Assembly: GCA_963728915.1 (NCBI GenBank)
Contig: CAVSLV010000001.1
Span: forward strand, 448,001-512,000
Direction of reading: 5' to 3'
Source of the DNA: an uncultured Gemmatimonadales bacterium
GTDB lineage: Bacteria > Gemmatimonadota > Gemmatimonadetes > Gemmatimonadales > GWC2-71-9
DNA: 64,000 nucleotides
Of the stretch, positions 51,495 to 61,273 are shown piece after piece; the first letter of the stretch is position 1, and each line of letters starts with the position of its first letter. The translations under genes were made by a program, and so were the position numbers. The notes below the pieces were generated by a model. It searched no databases and was not told where the DNA came from. It was given only the letters and a program-made list of their open reading frames with translations.

Positions 51495-52255
51495 CCGCCC
51501 CGCGCGACGGGAATCGGCCGCCGCCGGTCAGCCTGCTCGACCGTATCGCGTGGTGGGGCGCCTTCGGTGCGCTCCTTACGTCGATCGGCACTGCATGCCG
51601 GGCGCCGACGCCGGAGCCGTTCGAAGGCGAAGTCACGTATCGCATGGTGGCTCCCGACGGCCGGATCAGCCGGTTCGCCTACTATCAGAAAGGCCCCAGG
51701 ACGCGAGAAGAAATCGGGGATGGTGAGACCGCCACGGTAACCATCCTCGACGGCGAGACCGGCGAGGCGACGATCCTGATTCCGTCAGCCCGCCAGTATA
51801 TGACACTCGATTTCGCGCAGATCGGCGCGCGGTTCGGTGCGATGGCGAAGTCACTCGGCGGCCCACCCACCGGACCGATGGATCTCGCCGCGATGGAGGT
51901 CACCGCGACCGGGGAACGCGAGACCGTCGCCGGCGTGCCATGTGCGCACTATCGCTTTCAGCCGGCCGATGGGAGCGTCGTATTCGACGTCTGTGGGGCG
52001 GCCGGGATGGGGTTTCTGGGTACCAGCGCGGGCGCGATCTCACCGATGCCCCGCACGTTCGCCCTGGCGGCCTCGAAGCGGCCCGAGCTGGCGGCAGTTG
52101 CCAGGAACGGATTCTTCCCGCTGAAGATCGCGATGACCGGGCGGGGCCAGACGATGACGATGGAGGCGACTGAGCTGGGCCGCCGGTCGCTCGACGGGTC
52201 ACTGTTCGCGGCTCCGGATGGGTACACCCGGCTGCCCATGCCCGGCTCACCGTAG
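51491..52255 (+). CDS. DUF4412-like lipoprotein
   Basis: FEGEVTYRM, TGERETVAGVPCAHY, FPLK, LDGSLFAAPDGYT. Confidence 0.7.
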   Translation: MTAPRDGNRPPPVSLLDRIAWWGAFGALLTSIGTACRAPTPEPFEGEVTYRMVAPDGRISRFAYYQKGPRTREEIGDGETATVTILDGETGEATILIPSARQYMTLDFAQIGARFGAMAKSLGGPPTGPMDLAAMEVTATGERETVAGVPCAHYRFQPADGSVVFDVCGAAGMGFLGTSAGAISPMPRTFALAASKRPELAAVARNGFFPLKIAMTGRGQTMTMEATELGRRSLDGSLFAAPDGYTRLPMPGSP

Positions 52256-52494
52256 CGTTGGGGAGGAAGACTTCGTCATGGGCGCCGAGGGATTCATGTC
52301 CAGCCTCCTCCTCGGTTGTCCTTCATGCCCATCTCCCCAAAGCAGAAACTTGCCTCCGGTCTCACTTGGCGTCCTCTTGTTCATGGCAGAATCACGCTAG
52401 TCCCGTGAGCCTGGTCTACGTTTCCGCGCTGTGGACCGGCAAGGATGAAGCGGGCGAGAAGCGTCGTTCAGGTGCTGGGCGAGCGCTGGGCTGG

Positions 52495-52533
52495 TGATGC
52501 CTTGACATCTTTTCACATGATGCGCTAACATCA
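52495..52533 (+). promoter_or_regulatory. vapBC promoter overlapped by two TGATG-N6-CATC operator-like palindromes
   Basis: TTGACA 52502-52507, TAACAT 52526-52531; tgatgccttgacatct and tgatgcgctaacatca. Confidence 0.65.
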
Positions 52534-52536
52534 TCC

Positions 52537-52794
52537 ATGCGCACCACCCTCGATCTCGACCCCCACCTGCTCCGCCGCCTGCGGGACGAGGCCCATCGCC
52601 AGGGCGTTCCGTTCAAGCAGCTCCTCACGTCAGTGCTCCGCCGGGGCCTCGATGCCGGTGCGTCCCGGACCCGCTATCGCCTCCGCACCTACGCCATGGG
52701 GTCCCCTGGGTCGCTCGACCTGAACAAGGCGCTCGCCATTGCGGGAGCGCTGGAGGACGAGGAGACGGCCCGGAAGCTCCGGCTCCGGAAATAG
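52537..52794 (+). CDS. vapB: VapB-type antitoxin
   Basis: MRTTLDLDPHLLRRLRDEA...FKQLL...LRRGL. Confidence 0.85.
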   Translation: MRTTLDLDPHLLRRLRDEAHRQGVPFKQLLTSVLRRGLDAGASRTRYRLRTYAMGSPGSLDLNKALAIAGALEDEETARKLRLRK

Positions 52795-52795
52795 C

Positions 52796-53227
52796 GTGAA
52801 GGTTCTCGACCTCAACCTGCTCCTCTACGCGGTCAATCGCGACAGCGGGTTCCATGCCCGGGCCAAAGCCTGGCTCGAGGCTACCCTGTCGGGAGACGAG
52901 CCGGTGGGGATCCCCTGGGTTGTGATCCTCGGCTTCCTTCGGATCGCGACCAGCGACCGGGTTCTCCCGCGGCCGCTCAAACCGTCCCAGGGGATGGCGA
53001 TCGTGGATGGCTGGCTTGCGGGATCGGTCGTTGTCGCCCTCGCGCCGGGCGACGAGCACTGGAGTATCCTGAGGCGGCTGCTCCTCGAGACGGGAACTGC
53101 GGGCAACCTCACCACCGACGCGCATCTCGCCGCGCTCGCCATCGAAAACGGGGCGGAGTTATGCTCGACCGACACCGACTTCTCCCGGTTCCCCAACCTT
53201 CGCTGGGTGAATCCGTTGGCGAGTTAG
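52796..53227 (+). CDS. vapC: PIN-domain VapC toxin
   Basis: LDLNLLLYAVN...GFLRIAT...GNLTTDAHLAALAIE...STDTDFSRFP. Confidence 0.93.
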   Translation: MKVLDLNLLLYAVNRDSGFHARAKAWLEATLSGDEPVGIPWVVILGFLRIATSDRVLPRPLKPSQGMAIVDGWLAGSVVVALAPGDEHWSILRRLLLETGTAGNLTTDAHLAALAIENGAELCSTDTDFSRFPNLRWVNPLAS

Positions 53228-53358
53228 TCCTTGCCCTCAACCAGAATGGTGGTCGGCATGCGGAATTCTCCGAGTTCTATTCCTCCTGATGCGGGAGTAC
53301 GCCGGAGATCCCAGGGGAGACCTCCTGGGTGGTTATTTACATGCCAGGGGTCCGCGCG

Positions 53359-53676
53359 TCAGTGCGAGGCCAACCGCCCCAGGAGGGACTCGACGGCGTG
53401 TTTCATCTTCTCGGCGGCGCCACTGATGGCCTCGTCCACCGTCGTCGCCTGGTTCGTCACCACGATGGGCTGATGACTGGCCAGGCGGGCCTCCAGGGTG
53501 CAATGCATGTCGTCGATGCCAGTCTTCTGGTCGCTGTTCTGGTCGATGAGATGGACCTCCACCCGGGTGATGTGATCGCTGAAATGCTTCAGGGACTCCC
53601 GAACCACGGCGGCGGCCCTTTGGACCTGCTCGTCCCCTCCCTGGATGTTGTGATCGGTGTTGATCTGAATCAGCAT
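53359..53676 (-). CDS. HPF/RaiA family ribosome-associated protein
   Basis: IQINTDHNI...ITRVEVHL.D.N..K...D..CTLEARL. Confidence 0.85.
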   Translation of the reverse strand: MLIQINTDHNIQGGDEQVQRAAAVVRESLKHFSDHITRVEVHLIDQNSDQKTGIDDMHCTLEARLASHQPIVVTNQATTVDEAISGAAEKMKHAVESLLGRLASH

Positions 53677-53942
53677 TCGTCAGCCTCCCCGTCAGTCTGG
53701 TGTTCCGTCGGAATCTCCACATCCTGATCACCGCCGCTCCCGCCTCGAAATCCGTCCCTGAGGTGATCGGCCGTGTCGTTCTCGAACAGCGCCGTGAGGT
53801 CCTCACTCGTGCCGCTCGCTCGTCCGGTCAGTTCCTCCGGCGGCGGTGTCCCTCCTTCGAGCTCCGGCGTATCCGGACGAGTCGTCTCTTCCGTACGCTC
53901 GTGGTGTTCAGCGGACTCAGCGGACTTTCGATCATCAGACAT
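53670..53942 (-). CDS. Small acidic hypothetical protein
   Basis: AAGGAGG RBS; overlaps the HPF start; low complexity. Confidence 0.45.
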   Translation of the reverse strand: MSDDRKSAESAEHHERTEETTRPDTPELEGGTPPPEELTGRASGTSEDLTALFENDTADHLRDGFRGGSGGDQDVEIPTEHQTDGEADEC

Positions 53943-54058
53943 CTGGAACCTCCTTGCGACAGAGACCGTCGCCTGCCATGTAGCCTAACATCAATCCATG
54001 GAAGGTAGTCATTTTATGGGACGAAAGTGTGAGACAACCCCAAACTTTGAGACGCCTC

Positions 54059-54364
54059 GAGGAAGAGCAATCGAAGGCTGTTCCATCCTGGTTGGCAGAT
54101 GAGTGGGGGCTGGCGTGGATGGATGAGCACGCAGCGAAGTTCAGGCAATCCGTCTCCGGGCAGCACGTTCTGTACTGGAGTCTTTCCATCGCGTTCGTGA
54201 TCGGCCTGGCCGTTCAGATCGGTGGGGATGCTCTCCAGTCGTCGCTGCCGCAAGGGCTCCCGGACTTCTGGGTGACCTGCTCCACGCGGTCGGTTGGTCG
54301 CTCTGGACGGGTGCGGTCGTGCTCGTGTTCGTCGAGATCATACTGGAGGCGAAGCGACGCCAAA
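54059..54364 (+). pseudogene. Truncated, frameshifted copy of the gene at 43861-44250
   Basis: EEEQSK..P.WLADEWGLAWMDEHAAK.RQSVSGQH.LYWSLSIAFV; indel near 54250; homology ends at cgacgccaaa. Confidence 0.85.
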
Positions 54365-54412
54365 GGACCGGCTGAGGCAGATCCTTGTCGGCTCAACCGT
54401 GCCTGCAAGTTG

Positions 54413-54997
54413 CTAGGTGCCGGGGTCGCTGCGCCGGGTTCCCTGGATGGTGAAGACTCTCTTGGTAGCGGCCCCTGGCTCTTCAACATCGCCGGTCTGG
54501 GTGAAGGAGGTCGGCGTAATGTCCGACCAGGTCTCGTGCCACAGCGTCTTCTTCCCCTGGTGGGTCTCCCATTCGTTGATCATGAACTGCTTGCCGTCCC
54601 AGCTCAGGGTGATATCGTTCATCGCCCCCTTGAGATCGCAGGTGAAAGGAAGCTGGTTGTTGCACTCCATTCCCGCCAGATGGTTCGCAGTGCCGTCCCA
54701 CCAGATGATGCCGAGCAGGAAGGCGTCTACCGGGCCGAACGGAAGGCGCTCTTCTTCCGTCAGCGTGTAGCCGCCGGGGCCGGAGCGCCAGGTCTCTTCC
54801 CCCCGACCGGAAAACCCGGTAGGCATCTCGGAGCTCGGCTCGAACTTCACCTCCAACGACCACCTGCCCGAAAGCGCCTTGGTCAGACTCTGGAGCTGGG
54901 GCGCAGGTTGCGGCGCTTGCCGGGCCGGCGCCTCCGCCGTCATGGGTGGGAGCAAGAAAGCCGAAGCGGCGAGCAGGCCCGCCAAATGGTGCGACAT
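54413..54997 (-). CDS. Secreted hypothetical protein (DUF1579-like beta fold)
   Basis: GGAGG RBS, signal peptide, LSGRWS...GRGEETW..GPGG. Confidence 0.6.
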   Translation of the reverse strand: MSHHLAGLLAASAFLLPPMTAEAPARQAPQPAPQLQSLTKALSGRWSLEVKFEPSSEMPTGFSGRGEETWRSGPGGYTLTEEERLPFGPVDAFLLGIIWWDGTANHLAGMECNNQLPFTCDLKGAMNDITLSWDGKQFMINEWETHQGKKTLWHETWSDITPTSFTQTGDVEEPGAATKRVFTIQGTRRSDPGT

Positions 54998-55139
54998 GGT
55001 GCCTCCCGGGCAGGATAAAATCAGAGCCGTGGCGTCGGGAATATAGACGAGTGGATTCCCGCAGCGCCCACACTTGCGAGGTGCGCCTCGCTGCGCGATT
55101 CTTTTGGCTCCAGTGGGCCCTCTTGAAGGGGGTGGAAGG

Positions 55140-56051
55140 ATGATCCTCAGGCTACTCGGTGGTTTCACGGTCCTCCTGAGCGCGAGCCTTTCGGCTCAAA
55201 CCATTGAGATCCCTCAGCGCTCGTTCCAGAATCTCTACCAGGTGGCCAAGGAAATCACAGACGATCCCGCCTCGCTGTACGATCCCGATCACGGTAGCAA
55301 GCCGGACTTTCCCTATCCGACCGACATCCAGACCCAGTGGCGGAATAGCATAGAAACCTATGGCAACACACTGTCCCAGGCGGAGCACCAGCTGCTGATC
55401 GACTGCGCCGGTCATCTGAACGACGCCATCATCGGCATGGAGCAGGGGTACCGGATCGACCTGACCCAGGTCCAGAAAGGGAACAAGGCCGCCCAGCCAA
55501 GCGTGGACAGTCTGTACACCGCCGCGCGCAACGACTTCGCCCAGTGCAAGGATGCCTACGACTTTGAGAATCAGCAGCCCGAGGCGCGGGGGCCCAACAA
55601 GCCGCAGAATGGCGGGCTGGAAGCCCAGCCGCCTCTCGACGGCAGCGCCGAGGAGGCCGCCCTGCCCGGTTCGATCGATTGGACTCCTGCGCTCGATCCC
55701 CTGTTCACCTACCTTGGTCGCGAGTGGCAGAGGGAAACCGTGCAGCCGAAATACGTCCCGAACGATGAGCCGAATACGCTCACCCTGCTGGTCCAGCGCG
55801 GCCAGCCCCCAGTGACGTCGGACATGTCCGGCACCTGGAGCCGGCTGTTCAACAACATCGTGCAGGACCCCCGCATGCCGACTCCGGCCTTCCCGCCGGA
55901 CTCGAAGCTGAATTCGCTCTTGCTTACCAGCGTGTTCTACATCCAAACCAGCCCCAAGGGCAACAACCCGACCGACAAGCTGGCCCGGCAGCGCTTCAAG
56001 TACTACGAGCGCGACGGCATCTTCAAACGCTACCTGAGCAAGCAGCCTTGA
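55140..56051 (+). CDS. Secreted hypothetical protein
   Basis: Signal peptide ending LSA-Q; coding-like codon usage. Confidence 0.6.
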   Translation: MILRLLGGFTVLLSASLSAQTIEIPQRSFQNLYQVAKEITDDPASLYDPDHGSKPDFPYPTDIQTQWRNSIETYGNTLSQAEHQLLIDCAGHLNDAIIGMEQGYRIDLTQVQKGNKAAQPSVDSLYTAARNDFAQCKDAYDFENQQPEARGPNKPQNGGLEAQPPLDGSAEEAALPGSIDWTPALDPLFTYLGREWQRETVQPKYVPNDEPNTLTLLVQRGQPPVTSDMSGTWSRLFNNIVQDPRMPTPAFPPDSKLNSLLLTSVFYIQTSPKGNNPTDKLARQRFKYYERDGIFKRYLSKQP

Positions 56052-56203
56052 CGACCGTCCCCGAGGCCGGTCTCAGCACGAGGTTGTGATTCGTCATGAT
56101 CGGTGGAGGGATACCGTCATGAAATCACGAACCGATTACACCCACGTGGCATTTCCTGGTATTGAGGTCGCTGCCGCCTGACGCCACTCCAGAGGATATT
56201 CCC

Positions 56204-56836
56204 ATGCTTGTCACCAGGACGCTCCCCGTCTGGTCGATCGTAATCGCTGCCATCCTCCTCGCGAGCTGTGGGGGATCGCGCTCGGACCAGGATACCAATG
56301 CCGGCGCATCGTCGGTCCCAACCGGCCGATATGTGTCAGTGGTGAATCCGGAGCTCAGCATCCTCCTCAAGTCCGGCGGCGGCCTCGAGCTGACCCTTGC
56401 GGGAGTCGGCAAATCGACCGGCACCTACAAGGTTGACGGCGAAAAAGTCCTCCTGGCCTGGGAAGGCCAGCAGCACACCCTCCTTCGGAACGGGTCGTGC
56501 CTGGAGGATCCCCAGGAGCTGTTCGACAAGTCGTGTATCGGGGGCGCAGCCGGTGAGGCCAAGAACCAGCCGACCCGGGTCATCACCGCGCCGGCCGGTA
56601 CCTGGGTCGCCAAGAGCAGCGAGGGCGACTTCAGAATCGAGTTTCTCGAGGGCAACCGCATGAGTCTGAGCGCCACGCCTCCGGGAGGAACCGCCGACGT
56701 TCGCGAAGGCACCTACACCCTGAGTGGCGACCGCATCGACGCCACGGTGAACATGGAACCGGTAGTGCTTCGCTACGTGAACGACGCCTGGGAGACGACG
56801 TCGTTCGGGTTCACTCTCCGTTTTGTGAAGCAGTAG
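56204..56836 (+). CDS. Lipoprotein with two similar small beta domains
   Basis: Lipobox LASC; PTGRYV...GTYKVDGEKV and PAGTWV...GTYTLSGDRI. Confidence 0.7.
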   Translation: MLVTRTLPVWSIVIAAILLASCGGSRSDQDTNAGASSVPTGRYVSVVNPELSILLKSGGGLELTLAGVGKSTGTYKVDGEKVLLAWEGQQHTLLRNGSCLEDPQELFDKSCIGGAAGEAKNQPTRVITAPAGTWVAKSSEGDFRIEFLEGNRMSLSATPPGGTADVREGTYTLSGDRIDATVNMEPVVLRYVNDAWETTSFGFTLRFVKQ

Positions 56837-56855
56837 CTTCGTCGGCCCGCTCCGG

Positions 56856-57973
56856 TCAGTGCAGACGCCGCGGCGACCACTCCGGATCGTAGGTGCGTCC
56901 TTCCACCAGCTGCCTGGACCCCGAGCCATCGGCGTTCACGATCCACACCCCCTCGGCGCTCTCTGCGTGGCAGCCCCGCGCGAATGCGAGCTGGCGGCCA
57001 TCCGGTGACCAGGAGAACCCCAGGTAGCCATCGCACGTTCCGGGGGTGAGGCGGATCTGCTCGCTGCCGTCCGGCCTGGTCACCCAGAGCTCCCACTTCG
57101 TTGCGCCGCTGTCGTCGTGTCCCCTGAGAAAGGCGAGCCGCAACCCGTCGGGTGACCATTGGGGGCTCCGGTCATCGGCGGAATCCGAGGTCACCCGGCG
57201 CTCCTCGTCGCTGCTAATGTCCATCACGGCGATTTCGTAGTTGCCCTGGCGGTAGGCCTCGAACGCGATTCGCTTCCCATCCGGGGACCAGGCCGGCCGT
57301 CCGGCCCAGCCATACTGCTCGCCGTGGGGACGACTCCGGGTGAGCTGGCGAAGGTCCCCGCCATCCGAATTCATCACATACACTTCGTAGCTGCCGGTGC
57401 GATCGGACTCGAAGGCGATCGAGCGACCGTCGGGAGACCAGGCAGGCGAGCGGCCCGCGGTGAGGCGAATCAGGCCGGACCCGTCGGGATGGATCACCGC
57501 GACCTCTTCCTTCCCGATGTTGTACCCCACGTACACCAGGCGAGTCCCGTCCGGAGACCAACGGTAGCCGCCCGCCCCGTTCGGCTCCCTGGTGAGCTGA
57601 GCCTGCCGCGAGCCATCGGCGCGCATCACAAAGAGATTGGAGAAGTAGTCGCCCCGGTTCGAAACGAAGGCGATCCGGGTTCCGTCGGGGACCACGCCGG
57701 GCCCCCGTTCAGGTAGCTCCGCCGGGTTAGCTGGCTCGTCCCACTGCCGTCCGGATTGACCACGTAGATGTCGTGGTCCGCGCGGGCCCCGGTGTTATCC
57801 CGGACGTAGACGATCTGGTCCTGGCGCGGAGGCGGCGCGGTCCCCGCGTCGGAGCCGCCGCAGGCTGCGGGGCCGAGGGAAAGGACAACGAGAAGAGGGC
57901 GGCTGATGATCGCCGACCTGCTTCCCTTCGAGGTACGCGTGCCGCTCGAGACTGTTTCGGTTGGGTGGGTCAT
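56856..57973 (-). CDS. TolB-like PD40-repeat lipoprotein, -1 frameshift near 57690
   Basis: Repeated WSPDG motifs; GGPAWSP and DGTRIAF are joined across a C-run. Confidence 0.85.
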
Positions 57974-58038
57974 CCTCCCCAAATCTACCGGGTCTCCGTA
58001 TTCTCCCGCATCACGTAAACATGCTCGAGGGAGGAGTT

Positions 58039-60084
58039 ATGCGGCGGATCGTCCTCGTTGTCGCCCTCTCGGCCTGCGCCCGGAACGCCGACTGGCCGGT
58101 ATACCAGGGCAGCGACAACCACGACCACTATGTCACCTTGTCGCAGATCACGCCGGAGAACGTATCCCGGCTCGAGGTGGCGTGGACCTACGACACCAGG
58201 GACGCGTTCCCCGGCTCGGAGATGCAGTCGAACCCCGTGATCGTGAACGGCGTGCTGTACGCCGTGTCTCCGAAGCAGCGGGCCTTCGCGCTCGACGCCG
58301 CCACCGGAAAAGAGCTCTGGAGCTTCGACCCGACCGCCGGGAAGTTCACCGGGCCAAGGATCCGCTACCGCGGAGTCGTGGTGCACGACGGGCGAGTCTA
58401 CTTCAACTACCGGCACCGTCTTTTCGCGCTCGACGCCCGGACCGGTCTCAAGGTGCCAGGGTGGGGAAACGACAGCGGCTGGGTGGACTTGCGGGCCGGA
58501 CTGGGTCGCCCGGTCGAAGGCCTGTCGGTGAGCGCCAGCACCCCGGGCGTGGTGTACCAGGACCTGCTCATCGTCGGCACCGCGGTGCCCGAGGCCCTGC
58601 CGAGCGCCCCGGGAGACCTCCGCGCCTACGACGTGAGAACCGGCGCAATTCGCTGGAGCTTTCATACCATTCCGCACCCCGGCGAGTTCGGCTACGAGAC
58701 CTGGCCCAGGGATGCCTGGAAGATCGCCGGCGGGGTGAACCCGTGGTCGGGCGTGACAGTGGATCAGCGGCGCGGCATGGTGTTCTTCGCGACCGGCTCA
58801 GCGTCGTACGATTTCTACGGCGCCAATCGGGTGGGCGATGACCTCTTCGCCAATTCCATCGTCGCGCTCGATGCGAAGAGCGGAAAGCGCCTCTGGCATT
58901 TCCAGGGCCTGAAGCACGATCTCTGGGATCGCGACTTCCCAGCGGCGCCCGCGCTCGTCACGGTGAGGCGGGAAGGCAAGAGGGTGGACGCCATCGCCCA
59001 GATCACCAAGACCGGCCACGTGTGGGTGCTGGACCGTGAGACCGGCCGGGAGCTTTTCCCGAGCGAGTGGCGCCGGATGCCGAAGGGAACCCTCCCCGGT
59101 GAAGCGACGGCCGACTCGCAGCGGTTTCCGACCTTGCCAAAGCCGTTCGTCCGTCAGCGGCTCACCGAGGCGGATCTCACCGACCGCACCGGGGAAGCCC
59201 ACGCGGCAGCGCTCAAGCTCTTCCGGGAGAATCCCACCCCCGATCCCTTCACCCCGCCCAACGAGCAGGGGATCATCATCTTCCCCGGGGTGGATGGCGG
59301 GGGCGAGTACGGCGGCCCCGCCTTTGACCCGGAGACCGGCCTCCTCTACGTGAACGCGAACGAGATGGGATGGGTGCTCAAGATCGTGCCGCGGGAGGAG
59401 AAGTCACTGTTCGGGGCCTATTGTGCCGAATGCCACGGGCCGAGCACAACTCCACTCGCGCCGACGCTCACTGGAGTGGCCGGGCGGCTGACCCGCGAGC
59501 AGATCGTGAATACGATCCGCGCCGGCACCGGCCGGATGCCGGCGTTCGCCAGCGCGCTGGGCGACACCGCGATCGCCGAGCTGGCGGAATACCTGGTGAG
59601 CGGGATGCAGCCGAAGAGCATGCCGCGCGAGGTGCCGACTTTCGTCAAATACCGGAACGCTTCGTTCGACATCTTTCTCGACCAGGAGGGCTACCCCGCC
59701 ATCAAGCCGCCCTGGGGCACCCTCACGGCGATCGACCTCAACACCGGCGAGACCCGATGGACCATGCCGTTCGGGGAGTACCCGAAGCTCGCGGCGCAGG
59801 GGCTCACCCACACCGGCTCCGACAACTACGGCGGCGCCATCGTCACCCGAAACGGGTTGCTCATCATCGCGGCGACGACCTACGACAAGAAGATTCACAT
59901 CTTCGACAAGGCGACCGGCAGGCTGCTCTGGCAAGCCGAGCTTCCCGCCTCGAGCAACACGACGCCCGCCACCTACATGGTGAACGGGCGCCAATACATC
60001 GTGGTGGCGTGCGGTGGCGGGAAGAACGGGGCACCGAGCGGAGGAACCTACGTGGCGTTCGCGCTACCCGACCTGGTGCGTTGA
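58039..60084 (+). CDS. PQQ-dependent dehydrogenase (glucose-DH-like) with an inserted cytochrome c domain
   Basis: QITPENVSRLEVAWTY, HDLWDRD, GGGEYGG, CAECH, PPWGTLTAIDL, TPATY..NGRQYIV. Confidence 0.9.
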   Translation: MRRIVLVVALSACARNADWPVYQGSDNHDHYVTLSQITPENVSRLEVAWTYDTRDAFPGSEMQSNPVIVNGVLYAVSPKQRAFALDAATGKELWSFDPTAGKFTGPRIRYRGVVVHDGRVYFNYRHRLFALDARTGLKVPGWGNDSGWVDLRAGLGRPVEGLSVSASTPGVVYQDLLIVGTAVPEALPSAPGDLRAYDVRTGAIRWSFHTIPHPGEFGYETWPRDAWKIAGGVNPWSGVTVDQRRGMVFFATGSASYDFYGANRVGDDLFANSIVALDAKSGKRLWHFQGLKHDLWDRDFPAAPALVTVRREGKRVDAIAQITKTGHVWVLDRETGRELFPSEWRRMPKGTLPGEATADSQRFPTLPKPFVRQRLTEADLTDRTGEAHAAALKLFRENPTPDPFTPPNEQGIIIFPGVDGGGEYGGPAFDPETGLLYVNANEMGWVLKIVPREEKSLFGAYCAECHGPSTTPLAPTLTGVAGRLTREQIVNTIRAGTGRMPAFASALGDTAIAELAEYLVSGMQPKSMPREVPTFVKYRNASFDIFLDQEGYPAIKPPWGTLTAIDLNTGETRWTMPFGEYPKLAAQGLTHTGSDNYGGAIVTRNGLLIIAATTYDKKIHIFDKATGRLLWQAELPASSNTTPATYMVNGRQYIVVACGGGKNGAPSGGTYVAFALPDLVR

Positions 60085-60097
60085 CGGCTCGGCGATT

Positions 60098-61195
60098 CTA
60101 TCTCCCCCCGCGGGTGTAGATGTCCGCGCCGAAGCTCGCCAAGCCTGGCCTGCCGGCGTAGCCGAGATACGGGAGCCCGAAAATGTCCTCGATGCTCCTG
60201 AGCAGGGAGTAGTGATTGTATGGCACGTCCGACACCGTGCCGGGAGCAATGAAGGGCGAGAGCAGCACGGCGCCGATCCGCCCGCCTCCCGGACCCACCA
60301 GGCCGGGGAGTGGCGTATTGGGGCCCGGCTGCTCGTCGCAGCACGCGGTGGCGTCGTTGCCCTGCGCCTCGTCGAAGGTGATCACCAGCAAGCCCCCCGC
60401 CTTGTACGCCGGCGACGAGAGGATCCGCGGCACCCACTCCGCCAGAAAGCGGTCGGCCGACTGGAGCCCGCCGGGCTCTCCGTTCACACAGGGCCGGTCG
60501 TGCCCGTCGTGGCACAGGCTGGGAGAGATGAAGACAAAGTTCGGGGTCCGGCCGGATGATTCGAGGTCGTGCGCAAGCCGGGTGAGCGGCACCACGTTCG
60601 CATGGCACGTGGATGAGTCGATGATCGCGTGAAAGTACATGAAGGGGTTGTGCTTGGCGGCGTACTGGTCACTGGGCGTGGCCAACTCGGTGGAATCAAT
60701 GGCGCCGATGCGTGGGTGGCCGCAGGTAGCGCTTTCGCGGGCCGGGTTAGCTCCCATGTCCTCCATGTAGGCCTTCCAGGTGCGGCGCCGCGCCGAGAGC
60801 TGGTTGGCGATGGTCGCGACGTGGGCCGGATAGACGCAGCCCTGGCCGATGGGCTGCCCGTCGGGCGCCACGCCAGTTTGGACGAAATCGCTGTAGTGCC
60901 AGCAGTCCCGCTGGGTCCCCGAGTCGGGTGCGATACCGCTGATCATCGCGATGTAGTTGCCCAGGCTGTAGTGCCCGATCCCGAAGTACTGCCGCAGCAG
61001 TGCCCCCGATTTAACCAGGGTATCGGCGAGGTAGGGCGCCGCGGAGTCCGACCCGAAGGTGGTCTGGAAGCCCTGGTTCTCGAGCACGATGATGAAGACG
61101 TGACGGACCGGCGGCGGAGCCGGAGCGGGGCGGAGCCCGCCCAGGACGGCAATCCCGGCGACCAGTACGCCGAGGACAGAACCTCGTTGCGGCAC
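60098..61195 (-). CDS. Secreted phosphoesterase/acid phosphatase
   Basis: HVFIIVLEN, SLGNYIAM, YAAKHNPF, DGHD, ITFDE, YNHYSLLRSIED. Confidence 0.88.
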   Translation of the reverse strand: MPQRGSVLGVLVAGIAVLGGLRPAPAPPPVRHVFIIVLENQGFQTTFGSDSAAPYLADTLVKSGALLRQYFGIGHYSLGNYIAMISGIAPDSGTQRDCWHYSDFVQTGVAPDGQPIGQGCVYPAHVATIANQLSARRRTWKAYMEDMGANPARESATCGHPRIGAIDSTELATPSDQYAAKHNPFMYFHAIIDSSTCHANVVPLTRLAHDLESSGRTPNFVFISPSLCHDGHDRPCVNGEPGGLQSADRFLAEWVPRILSSPAYKAGGLLVITFDEAQGNDATACCDEQPGPNTPLPGLVGPGGGRIGAVLLSPFIAPGTVSDVPYNHYSLLRSIEDIFGLPYLGYAGRPGLASFGADIYTRGGR

Positions 61196-61273
61196 CGATG
61201 ACCTCCTGGCTGACTTCCGAGGGAAGATCGAGCGCTCGTCACTGAACCGACCCTACAAGCTAAATTCGCATCC

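Noticed and set aside
54029..55018. 329-aa plus-strand ORF
   Set aside because: Chimera of the pseudogene copy and the antisense of the 54413-54997 gene
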